A stretch of 35,489 nucleotides of DNA from a virus. Position numbers and translations under genes: made by a program. The notes below the pieces were generated by a model. That model did no database searches. It was given only the letters and a program-made list of their open reading frames with translations, and was not told where the DNA came from. Each line of letters starts with the position of its first letter. Position 1 is the first letter of the stretch. Below are positions 16,319-22,780 of this stretch, piece after piece. The DNA is taken from the IMG/VR virus record IMGVR_UViG_3300035051_000028. One strand, given 5' to 3'.

Positions 16319-16324
16319 TTTCTC

Positions 16325-16640
16325 ATGCGTTTGAAATAAACACATAGGCGAGAGCCTTAAACGAAAGTTTTAAATGACTGCCACGAGTGTGATGCAGTTT
16401 AGGGGGTTGCCACCAGATAGCTTAACTTTTCGATGTAGCACATATTCAGGACTGAGGATACTCGCTCGGTATGTGTTGCACAGAAAAGTTCCTGCAATCG
16501 TTACCAAAGTGGTAGCAAATCTTATAAGTGGTTGCAGGTCATTAAGATTTACAAGAGCCGATTTACAACTAATTATAGTATTAGTTATGCACATCTATTC
16601 ACTACAGAGGCTGTCGGTTCTTATAAGTTTTTGACTTAAT
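16325..16640 (+). ncRNA. Candidate structured RNA or long structured 5' leader of the right-early operon
   Basis: Seven nested helices were found by hand, including a GAAA tetraloop hairpin. Two G-U pairs work only on the plus strand. The region is visibly richer in G+C than its flanks. It ends in a helix followed by TTATAAGTTTTT. Confidence 0.5.
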
Positions 16641-16660
16641 TAAATAAAAAGGATGAAGTT

Positions 16661-16897
16661 ATGGATATGGACGAAAAAAATGCAATGCGAGAAGATATGC
16701 TAAAAGATCAACACCACGAACGAATGATGAGAAGTAACATAGAGTATTTTTGTGAGTACACGCTTGAAAACTTATACATCACGCCTGAAAAAACAAAAGG
16801 GTTGTTTTTGTTTGATGTGGTGGACGAAATGAGAAAGCATTGTAACAGATACGAGCAAGATTTTAACGAGTTTTTAGATTATTTAAAGGAGATATGA
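16661..16897 (+). CDS. Hypothetical early protein
   Basis: 78-aa ORF with an AAGGA Shine-Dalgarno sequence. Confidence 0.6.
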   Translation: MDMDEKNAMREDMLKDQHHERMMRSNIEYFCEYTLENLYITPEKTKGLFLFDVVDEMRKHCNRYEQDFNEFLDYLKEI

Positions 16898-16949
16898 TGT
16901 TAGAGAAGTTTGAAGAGTGGTGTGAGAAAATGGCGGAGAGGTGGCTGTG

Positions 16950-17546
16950 ATGAAAGAGCTATTAAAAGCAAAATCGGAATTTAGAAAAAAAGGAATTGCA
17001 CTTGTAGCAGATAAGCGCAAAGACGGAGCGGGTGGCTCTTGGAAGTTTGCAGGCGAGGACAATGTTATTAAGACTATACAACAGCCGTTAATTGACTGTG
17101 GGCTTGAGGTTGTATCAACTATGAACGAGGACAGTGTAAAAGTGACTTTATGGCACGTTGCAAGCGGGGAGAGTATCGAGTCATCTATTAAACTCCCGCC
17201 AGTAACACCTCGTAAAGATAGAAATGGCAATGAAATGTATCTTGATGCAGAAATTGAAAGAGGTAAGCAGTTTGGATACTGGAGCAGAATCTTAACTATT
17301 CGTATATTGAGCTTAAGCGACATAGACCCTGAAGATATGAATAACCGCCCTATTGATATGAGTGACGATACTGTCGAAATGAGGGCGGAGCTTGACTTGC
17401 TAGTAGGCAAAACAAAAGACGCGGAAGCGACTAAACAGTGGATACATAAAGCTTATAAGGTTAGCCAAGTATCCGAGTTAAACAGTGAACAACTAAAGCA
17501 CGTCATAAACCTCTTGAAGCAAAAATCAAGCAAAGATAGCGTATAA
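16950..17546 (+). CDS. erf: ERF-family single-strand annealing protein
   Basis: The pattern SWKFAGEDNVIKTIQQPLIDCGLEV...LWHVASGE...GKQFGYWSRILTIRILSLSDIDPED fits Erf. I prefer the ATG at 16950 over the GTG at 16941. Confidence 0.6.
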   Translation: MKELLKAKSEFRKKGIALVADKRKDGAGGSWKFAGEDNVIKTIQQPLIDCGLEVVSTMNEDSVKVTLWHVASGESIESSIKLPPVTPRKDRNGNEMYLDAEIERGKQFGYWSRILTIRILSLSDIDPEDMNNRPIDMSDDTVEMRAELDLLVGKTKDAEATKQWIHKAYKVSQVSELNSEQLKHVINLLKQKSSKDSV

Positions 17547-17570
17547 TTATAGAGTTAGTAATTGACAGAG

Positions 17571-17622
17571 GTGGCAGGACATCCTACCCCTTTGCCACTT
17601 CTTTCAAATATTAGGGGTAGGA
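17571..17622 (+). promoter_or_regulatory. Interleaved GC-rich inverted repeats with pseudoknot topology; the second stem covers the Shine-Dalgarno of the next ORF
   Basis: GTGGCA (17571-76) pairs with TGCCAC (17593-98). TCCTACCCC (17582-90) pairs with GGGGTAGGA (17614-22). The AGGAG at 17619-23 is the Shine-Dalgarno for the ATG at 17630. Confidence 0.45.
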
Positions 17623-17629
17623 GCCTACA

Positions 17630-17815
17630 ATGTTAAACAATCAAGAAATAAAAATACCAGCGCTACTTAAAGACTTAGGGATGATATTTCCTACCAGTAA
17701 ATCTAAAAAACAAGTATATCTTGGACTGTTTAAAACTCCTATTGAAGCTGCACTTGCTTATGATAACTATGTGCTAAGACATAATTTAGAACATACTATA
17801 AATGGAGTATTATAA
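17630..17815 (+). CDS. Truncated AP2-domain fragment (possible gene remnant)
   Basis: 61-aa ORF. VYLGLFKTPIEAALAYDNYVLRHNLEHTIN aligns with HIGTFKTKKEAAKAYNDYIDKNNLPHTKN of the 5032..5715 protein. The first two AP2 strands are missing. Confidence 0.5.
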   Translation: MLNNQEIKIPALLKDLGMIFPTSKSKKQVYLGLFKTPIEAALAYDNYVLRHNLEHTINGVL

Positions 17816-18423
17816 TGAAAATTATTCAATGTGAGCAAGGAACGCAAGAGTGGATGGATTATCGAATAGGAGTTCCTACTGCATCAGGCTTTAGTAAGAT
17901 TATAACTCCGGCAAAAGGAGACAAATCAGCATCATACAAAAGTTATATGTACGAACTTATTGCGGAAAAGCTCATAAATGAAAAAACGAATGGCTTTAAG
18001 AGTGAGTTTATGGAACGAGGCAATGAAATTGAACCACTTGCAAGAGCTTCATACGAATTTATTCACGAAGTAGAAGTTAAGCAAGTAGGAATGATTTTCA
18101 ATGACGAAATGACAATAGGCATTAGCCCTGATGGTCTTATAGGTGATGTAGGCGGCTTAGAGATTAAATGTCCTAAACCGAGCACACTTGTTAAGTACAT
18201 GCTTGACGGTGGGCTTCCCTTAGAGTATAAGCCGCAAGTAATGGGTAGCCTTTGGATTAGTGAGCGTGAATGGTGGGATTTTTTAGCGTTTCACCCGTCA
18301 ATGGATTTTTTCCAAATAAGAGTTTATAGAGATGAGGCTTATATCAAAAAGATGGAACAGCGCTTAAACGACTTTGTGGACGAACTTCAAGCTAATTTTG
18401 ATAAGATAAAGAAGTCGAAATGA
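17815..18423 (+). CDS. YqaJ-type (lambda Exo-like, PD-(D/E)XK) recombination exonuclease
   Basis: GISPDGL...GGLEIKCPK motif, 202 aa, adjacent to erf. Confidence 0.75.
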   Translation: MKIIQCEQGTQEWMDYRIGVPTASGFSKIITPAKGDKSASYKSYMYELIAEKLINEKTNGFKSEFMERGNEIEPLARASYEFIHEVEVKQVGMIFNDEMTIGISPDGLIGDVGGLEIKCPKPSTLVKYMLDGGLPLEYKPQVMGSLWISEREWWDFLAFHPSMDFFQIRVYRDEAYIKKMEQRLNDFVDELQANFDKIKKSK

Positions 18424-18863
18424 AACTAAATCTTAAAAAGCAATACGGGCAGCTTATACCATATTCTAATGAGGACAAAGAGAAGCTTGATAGACTCAAG
18501 GACGGTGCTATTTACGAGATTGACATTAAAGACGCCGATATGCGAACCGTTACACAAAACAGAGCGATTCATCTATGGTGCGATATGCTAGCAAACACTA
18601 TGAATAATCAAAGGATGGTTATCCAAGATGTTATTAAGCTCAATACAAAATGGGATATGCTAAAAGTCAAAGAGATGATCTTCAAGCCCGTAGTAAAAAG
18701 TCTCTATACAAAAGACAGTACTACGAAGTTAAATAAAGATGAGTTTGAGCTTATTATAGATACAGTTATAAGAGCTTTGAGTTATAAGGGTGTTGAGAAT
18801 ATACCCGACTTTCCAGACCGTAAGAGTTTGGAATTTGAAAATAAAAAGGAAAAATATGAATAA
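18420..18863 (+). CDS. ninB: NinB/Orf-family recombination mediator
   Basis: RTVTQNRAIHLWCDMLAN aligns with lambda NinB RSLDQNRKLWACLGDV. STTKLNKDEFELIIDTV aligns with STSRMRVGEFAELLELI. Confidence 0.55.
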   Translation: MKLNLKKQYGQLIPYSNEDKEKLDRLKDGAIYEIDIKDADMRTVTQNRAIHLWCDMLANTMNNQRMVIQDVIKLNTKWDMLKVKEMIFKPVVKSLYTKDSTTKLNKDEFELIIDTVIRALSYKGVENIPDFPDRKSLEFENKKEKYE

Positions 18864-19365
18864 TGTACAAATTCTTGGAACGATAACTCGTGACTTAGAG
18901 ATGAAATTTACCAGCGGTGGCACTGCAATTCTAAGTTTTGGAATTGCTTACAACGAAAAACGAAAACAGCAAGACGGGAGCTATGGCGATATAGCGCACT
19001 TTTTTGATGTAACAGTATTTGGTAAAAAAGCCGAAACTGTGAATCAGTGGTTTAATAAGGGTTCTCGGATTCTTATTCAGGGCTCTTTAGATTACCAATC
19101 GTGGGTTGACAAAGACGGAAGCAAAAGAAGCAAGGTCGGTATAAAACTAAATGATTTTGACTTCATAGACAAAAGAGAATCAGGTAACGCTCAAACAAAT
19201 CAAGCACCGCAGCAAGGCGGTTACAGCGGAAATAACCAACAACAGCCACAAAGCTATCAAGCAAATCACACGGCTTATAGAGAGCCACAAAGACAAATGC
19301 CGGATGCAAGAGCTTTGCCTAGCATTGACATAGACGATTCTGATATTCCTTTTAATCGGGGTTAA
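18856..19365 (+). CDS. ssb: Single-stranded DNA-binding protein
   Basis: OB-fold N-terminus (MNNVQILGTITRD...), a Gln/Gly/Pro-rich linker and an acidic tail DDSDIPF. The start is placed at the ATG at 18856. Confidence 0.88.
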   Translation: MNNVQILGTITRDLEMKFTSGGTAILSFGIAYNEKRKQQDGSYGDIAHFFDVTVFGKKAETVNQWFNKGSRILIQGSLDYQSWVDKDGSKRSKVGIKLNDFDFIDKRESGNAQTNQAPQQGGYSGNNQQQPQSYQANHTAYREPQRQMPDARALPSIDIDDSDIPFNRG

Positions 19366-19464
19366 GTGCTACCAGAACAAAGAAGCACTAAATAGTCTTG
19401 ACTGCGGTCATAGACTTTAAAATGTTTACATGCAATAATTGTAGATATTAAAAAAAGGAATGAG

Positions 19465-19947
19465 ATGAAAATTTTATTACTAACTCTGCTTACTTGTTTA
19501 TCCCTCTTTGGTTTAGAGAGAGAGTGGTCTGAGATGAACGATAGGCAAAAAAATAATATTCTTATGGCTTATACAAAATCTAAAGAGTTTGATTTAGGCT
19601 ATACAATGGCTGCGATTATGTGGCAGGAGAGTCTTGGAGGAAAGTATAAAGTAAACCTTCAAGACCCTAGTTGTGGAGCGTTCCACAATAATATAAACAC
19701 GATTATGGCAAGACACTCTATCGAGAATACATCTTTTAATAGAAATAGAATCTGCCAGATGCTTATCGACAATACAGATATTGCTTTAACAGAAGCTATA
19801 ACAGAAATTCAGTACTGGTTACATGAGAGAAACGGCAGCTTTATTGAAGCATGGGCTTCTTATAATGGTGGCTGGAAAATGAACAAGTCTTATGCAGAGA
19901 ACATAAGAAAAAAGATTGTATTTCTAAAAAAGATAATAAAGGATTAA
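19465..19947 (+). CDS. Secreted lytic transglycosylase (SLT domain)
   Basis: Signal peptide MKILLLTLLTCLSLFG. Catalytic motif MWQES. Motif ASYNGGW (AYNxG-like). Confidence 0.65.
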   Translation: MKILLLTLLTCLSLFGLEREWSEMNDRQKNNILMAYTKSKEFDLGYTMAAIMWQESLGGKYKVNLQDPSCGAFHNNINTIMARHSIENTSFNRNRICQMLIDNTDIALTEAITEIQYWLHERNGSFIEAWASYNGGWKMNKSYAENIRKKIVFLKKIIKD

Positions 19948-19958
19948 GAGATGAAAAA
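19927..19958 (+). repeat. Start-junction cassette A, copy 1 (32 nt identical to 20595..20626)
   Basis: aaaaagataataaaggattaagagatgaaaaa spans the stop of one gene, the Shine-Dalgarno and the ATG of the next. Confidence 0.9.
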
Positions 19959-20604
19959 ATATGAATTAGTTAATCAAAGAGAAGATGGATTGTGGCAAAT
20001 CAAAGCTTTAAAAAGTTTTAGGGATGTGAAAATAGGAGAACTTGGTGGATGGGTAAAGTCTGAACAAAATCTTTCACATACTGGTAATGCTTGGGTATCT
20101 GGTGATGCTAGGGTATTTGGTGATAGTGCTAGAATATCTGGTAATGCTAGGGTATTTGGTAATGCTACAGTGTTTGGTAGTGCTAAAGTGTCTGGTAATG
20201 CTAGAATATCTGATAGTGCTACAGTGTTTGGTAATGCTAGAATATCTAATAGTGCTAAAGTGTCTGGTAATGCTTGGGTATCTGGTAATGCTTGGGTATT
20301 TGGTAATGCTAGAATATCTGATAGTGCTAAAGTGTCTGGTGATGCTTGGGTATCTGGTGATGCTAGGATAATACAAAATAGTGATTACACTGTATTTAAA
20401 AATAACTTAACATCACAAAGATATTACACTTACATATTTACAAACGACTTTTGGGTAATAGGATGTTTTAGGGGTAACACCGATGAACTCAAAAAGCATT
20501 TAGAAAAAAATGGTAATGAGTTACAAAAGATAGAGTACAACATGGCTATAGAATATGTACAAAAACTAAAAGAAATTAAAGAAAAAATGGCTGTAAAAAG
20601 ATAA
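19951..20604 (+). CDS. Hexapeptide-repeat (left-handed beta-helix type) protein of unknown function
   Basis: 217-aa ORF with 16 consecutive units of the G[ND]A[RWKT][VI][SF] type, flanked by unique N- and C-terminal domains. Confidence 0.7.
   Translation: MKKYELVNQREDGLWQIKALKSFRDVKIGELGGWVKSEQNLSHTGNAWVSGDARVFGDSARISGNARVFGNATVFGSAKVSGNARISDSATVFGNARISNSAKVSGNAWVSGNAWVFGNARISDSAKVSGDAWVSGDARIIQNSDYTVFKNNLTSQRYYTYIFTNDFWVIGCFRGNTDELKKHLEKNGNELQKIEYNMAIEYVQKLKEIKEKMAVKR
20083..20373 (+). repeat. 18-nt tandem repeat (16 units, one of 21 nt) encoding the hexapeptide repeats
   Basis: ggtaatgct(agg/tgg/aga)(gta/ata)t(ct/tt) units were read directly. Longer sub-blocks recur nearly identically. 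Confidence 0.9.
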
Positions 20605-20632
20605 TAAAGGATTAAGAGATGAAAAATGATTT
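20595..20632 (+). repeat. Start-junction cassette A, copy 2
   Basis: Identical to copy 1 over 20595..20626 and to copy 3 over 20606..20632. Confidence 0.9.
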
Positions 20633-20789
20633 AAGAGATTTCGAATTAGATGTTAGATTTTCGGGCGAAGATGTATTTATAAACAATGAGATTTACAACA
20701 AAAAAGAAATATTGGAATTAGTCAAAAAGCTGGCTAATTGTAGTGCAGAATTATTAGCTGCAATAGATACTAGAGATTTAAAGGATTAA
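20619..20789 (+). CDS. 56-aa hypothetical protein (absent from the ORF track)
   Basis: Starts in cassette A (MKNDL...) and ends with KD-stop inside the next cassette. Confidence 0.45.
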   Translation: MKNDLRDFELDVRFSGEDVFINNEIYNKKEILELVKKLANCSAELLAAIDTRDLKD

Positions 20790-20806
20790 GAGATGAAAAA
20801 TGATTT
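20780..20806 (+). repeat. Start-junction cassette A, copy 3 (27 nt)
   Basis: aaaggattaagagatgaaaaatgattt is identical to 20606..20632. Confidence 0.9.
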
Positions 20807-20879
20807 TATTTTATACGCACTTGTAGTTGCAAATGTCGCATTAGTAGTTATAGTTATTTTAGAGGAGATGTCGAGATGA
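20793..20879 (+). CDS. 28-aa hydrophobic single-TM peptide
   Basis: MKNDFILYALVVANVALVVIVILEEMSR. It starts in cassette A copy 3, and its stop overlaps the next ATG (ATGA). Confidence 0.4.
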   Translation: MKNDFILYALVVANVALVVIVILEEMSR

Positions 20880-21115
20880 AGAGTTTAAGAGTGTTCAAGG
20901 ATGAGGATTTAAAGAGGAGTTCAAGACAGAACCTTGAGCTTAAGTTGGCGATGGTTGAAACCAGTCCGGACTTAACAAGTGAGGAAAAGGATCTTAATGT
21001 AAAAAAGATTCGCTTTTATCTTAATGGATGCGTGCATTATACGCCTAAAGAGGTGTCGGATGAAATCGCAGCGGGTGCAGCTGATATAGACGATATTAAT
21101 AAAAGTTGGTATTAA
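20876..21115 (+). CDS. Hypothetical protein
   Basis: 79-aa ORF coupled to both neighbours. Confidence 0.55.
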   Translation: MKSLRVFKDEDLKRSSRQNLELKLAMVETSPDLTSEEKDLNVKKIRFYLNGCVHYTPKEVSDEIAAGAADIDDINKSWY

Positions 21116-21202
21116 ATGAGCAAATGGAAATATGAAATAATATACAGTGTTGTATTGATAACTGTATATATTACAACTTATTTTATAGCAAAATACAGCT
21201 AA
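21116..21202 (+). CDS. 28-aa hydrophobic single-TM peptide
   Basis: MSKWKYEIIYSVVLITVYITTYFIAKYS. The ATG follows the upstream TAA directly. Confidence 0.35.
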   Translation: MSKWKYEIIYSVVLITVYITTYFIAKYS

Positions 21203-21253
21203 GTAAACAAAATGCTCATAGATTAGAGATAATTAATTTTATAGGAGAGAAAA

Positions 21254-21538
21254 ATGTTTAATGTGTATGATTTAAGAAAATATACTAAAAATGCAGATGA
21301 ATTACATAAGTATATAAGACAGCGAATGACCCCTAAAACAAAGCAGATGAAAGTTAGAAGTTGCTTTAATGGCAAAGAAAAATTTAGCTTGTTAAAAGTT
21401 CCGCACTATTCTTTAGATTTTTGCATCAAAGAGGCAAAACAAGTTATACTAAAAAATAGAAATGGGCGTGTGAATATAGCAATATGGACAGAGATAATAG
21501 ATGCACTTGAAAGGATGAAAAATGAGAGAGATAATTGA
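21254..21538 (+). CDS. Hypothetical protein
   Basis: 94-aa ORF with an AGGAGA Shine-Dalgarno sequence. Confidence 0.55.
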   Translation: MFNVYDLRKYTKNADELHKYIRQRMTPKTKQMKVRSCFNGKEKFSLLKVPHYSLDFCIKEAKQVILKNRNGRVNIAIWTEIIDALERMKNERDN

Positions 21539-22046
21539 AGAACTAAGAATATGGCGTGAAGCTAGAAATATGCAGGATAATGAGTTTTTTGTAGAAGAGC
21601 AGGTTGCTAGTATGACTGATGAGTGTAAAGAGGTATTACTTGCGAAAACAGTTGAGCATAAAGCGGTAGAGGTGTGCGATATCGCTATTTTTGCTATAAA
21701 TGGTTTAGGCTTGTTGAAAATGGAATATAAACCAAAAGCTACAAAATGGAGCGGTTTGCCGTCGATTATGAGAGCATTGTCTAATATCTTAGAAGAGAAC
21801 AGCGAACGAATGGCAGGCGTTGAGCTTAACTACATAATCAAGTTTTGTGAAAACACTGTTACAGAACTTGGCTACGACTTTAAAAAGATGATGATGGAAA
21901 AGATAAAAGTGATTAGCAGCAGGATGCAAGACCCTGAGCAAGCTAAAGACTGGGAGCTAAACGGAGCATCTGGGAAGTGGAAAAAATTTGAGGGGCAGGA
22001 CAAAAACACCCTCTATTATGCAAACTTTGAAAGCTGTAAATTATGA
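21522..22046 (+). CDS. MazG-like all-alpha nucleotide pyrophosphohydrolase
   Basis: The acidic motif spacing EEQVASMTDECKE...EVCDIAIFA follows the EExxE...ExxD pattern. Confidence 0.5.
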   Translation: MREIIEELRIWREARNMQDNEFFVEEQVASMTDECKEVLLAKTVEHKAVEVCDIAIFAINGLGLLKMEYKPKATKWSGLPSIMRALSNILEENSERMAGVELNYIIKFCENTVTELGYDFKKMMMEKIKVISSRMQDPEQAKDWELNGASGKWKKFEGQDKNTLYYANFESCKL

Positions 22047-22330
22047 TAATAACAAAAGCAGATATTGAAAGAGCAGGATATTCTAAGGAAGAGTCCCGCG
22101 TTTTTATAACAAGCGCTATTGTTAATAGCAAAAACAATGGCTATACAGTAAAAATGGGTAAAAATATACAAGGATGTATTTCTTGTTTGGCTCACTTCGA
22201 TTTGGATAAATTTATCGAATGGCAAAAACAAAAAGTAGAAAATGTGAGACCGAACAATGTGAAACTTGCTAAACATCTACTTGAAAAACTTGTATTGCTT
22301 AAGAAGAGGATAGGGGAGAGGGATGAGTAA
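22043..22330 (+). CDS. Hypothetical protein
   Basis: 95-aa ORF with an ATGA overlap. Confidence 0.55.
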   Translation: MIITKADIERAGYSKEESRVFITSAIVNSKNNGYTVKMGKNIQGCISCLAHFDLDKFIEWQKQKVENVRPNNVKLAKHLLEKLVLLKKRIGERDE

Positions 22331-22562
22331 GATAGATTTTGTACAAACATTACATATAGGAAATCCTAAAGCACTTATGGAGGTTATTGGTTTTTTCGTG
22401 GAAACCTACTATGAAACCTCTGGTCAGTACGTGTTTTGGGAAAAGCCTGTGGGGGATGAAACTATATTTGATACTAGAGTAAAAAAGATGAAAGTAGATA
22501 AGTGTCAAAAACTCTGTTTTGAAAAAATGCAGGAAATAAGGAAAGGATTGTTTGATGAGTAA
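22323..22562 (+). CDS. Hypothetical protein (MSKI start family)
   Basis: 79-aa ORF. Its start context ATGAGTAAGATA is shared with the next gene. Confidence 0.55.
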   Translation: MSKIDFVQTLHIGNPKALMEVIGFFVETYYETSGQYVFWEKPVGDETIFDTRVKKMKVDKCQKLCFEKMQEIRKGLFDE

Positions 22563-22564
22563 GA
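22541..22564 (+). repeat. Start-junction cassette B, copy 1
   Basis: gaaaggattgtttgatgagtaaga matches 22781..22804 at 23 of 24 positions. Confidence 0.85.
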
Positions 22565-22779
22565 TAATTATAGAGAATAAATGCGTATGGCTAAAACTAA
22601 GTACGGCAATAACTTGTATAGATGAAGTGATAAAAATGGGTAAAATATCAAAGGGACCATATGGTGAACAATATTGTCACTTAACTACATTCACTTTTAA
22701 AGCAGGGAAAATTGGAGTTAGTGCAGACAAGAGGAATAGTGGGACACATAAGTTTATAGTATTTGAAATGCACGAGTAG
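22555..22779 (+). CDS. Hypothetical protein (MSKI start family)
   Basis: 74-aa ORF. I prefer the ATG at 22555 over the TTG at 22552. Confidence 0.55.
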   Translation: MSKIIIENKCVWLKLSTAITCIDEVIKMGKISKGPYGEQYCHLTTFTFKAGKIGVSADKRNSGTHKFIVFEMHE

Positions 22780-22780
22780 A

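Noticed and set aside
16452-16486. Hammerhead-like core motifs: CUGAGGA (which matches CUGANGA) and a downstream GAAA
   Set aside because: The 24 nt between the two motifs cannot form a stem II closing on them (only one terminal pair is possible). Short motifs like these are expected by chance.
16400-16540. T-box-like reading of the leader: UGGU motifs at 16509 and 16528, and GCCACCA at 16409
   Set aside because: There is no recognisable specifier loop, AG bulge or T-box consensus, and the downstream gene is not an aminoacyl-tRNA synthetase or amino-acid gene. The idea is purely speculative.
16555-16620. Resemblance of the helix ends GAGCCGA...TCGGTTC (AGC paired with GTT, including the G-U) to group II intron domain V
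   Set aside because: The helix encloses 52 nt rather than a 34-nt D5 hairpin with a GNRA loop. There is no GUGYG 5' end, no domain I or VI, and no flanking exons. I regard the match as coincidental.
16370-16634. Track ORFs 16374..16634 (+, 86 aa) and 16370..16594 (-, 74 aa) considered as protein-coding genes
   Set aside because: The two overlap each other almost completely on opposite strands, inside a locally G+C-richer segment where stop codons are simply rarer. The plus-strand frame uses several codons I judge atypical for this genome (AGG x4, CGG, CGA, GGG, CTG). The sequence folds into many nested helices. I treat the region as RNA or regulatory, but coding is not excluded.
16883-17410. 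175-aa minus-strand ORF antisense to erf
   Set aside because: It lies entirely within the better-supported Erf gene. It is Ser/Leu/Ile-rich and low in complexity, as expected for the antisense frame of a coding region, and it has no ribosome-binding site.
19366-19464. Intrinsic terminator after ssb (AGTGCT-n14-AGCACT) and a TTGACT promoter-like hexamer
   Set aside because: The stem has only 6 bp, a 14-nt loop and no T-run. The -35-like hexamer has no well-spaced -10 element.
20083-20373. An 18-nt periodic repeat that might be read as a CRISPR array or minisatellite, plus track ORFs 20074..20376 (-) and 20087..20371 (+)
   Set aside because: There are no spacers, because the units are contiguous and in frame with unique N- and C-terminal domains of the 19951..20604 ORF. 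The other two frames are open only within the repeat and are by-products of it.
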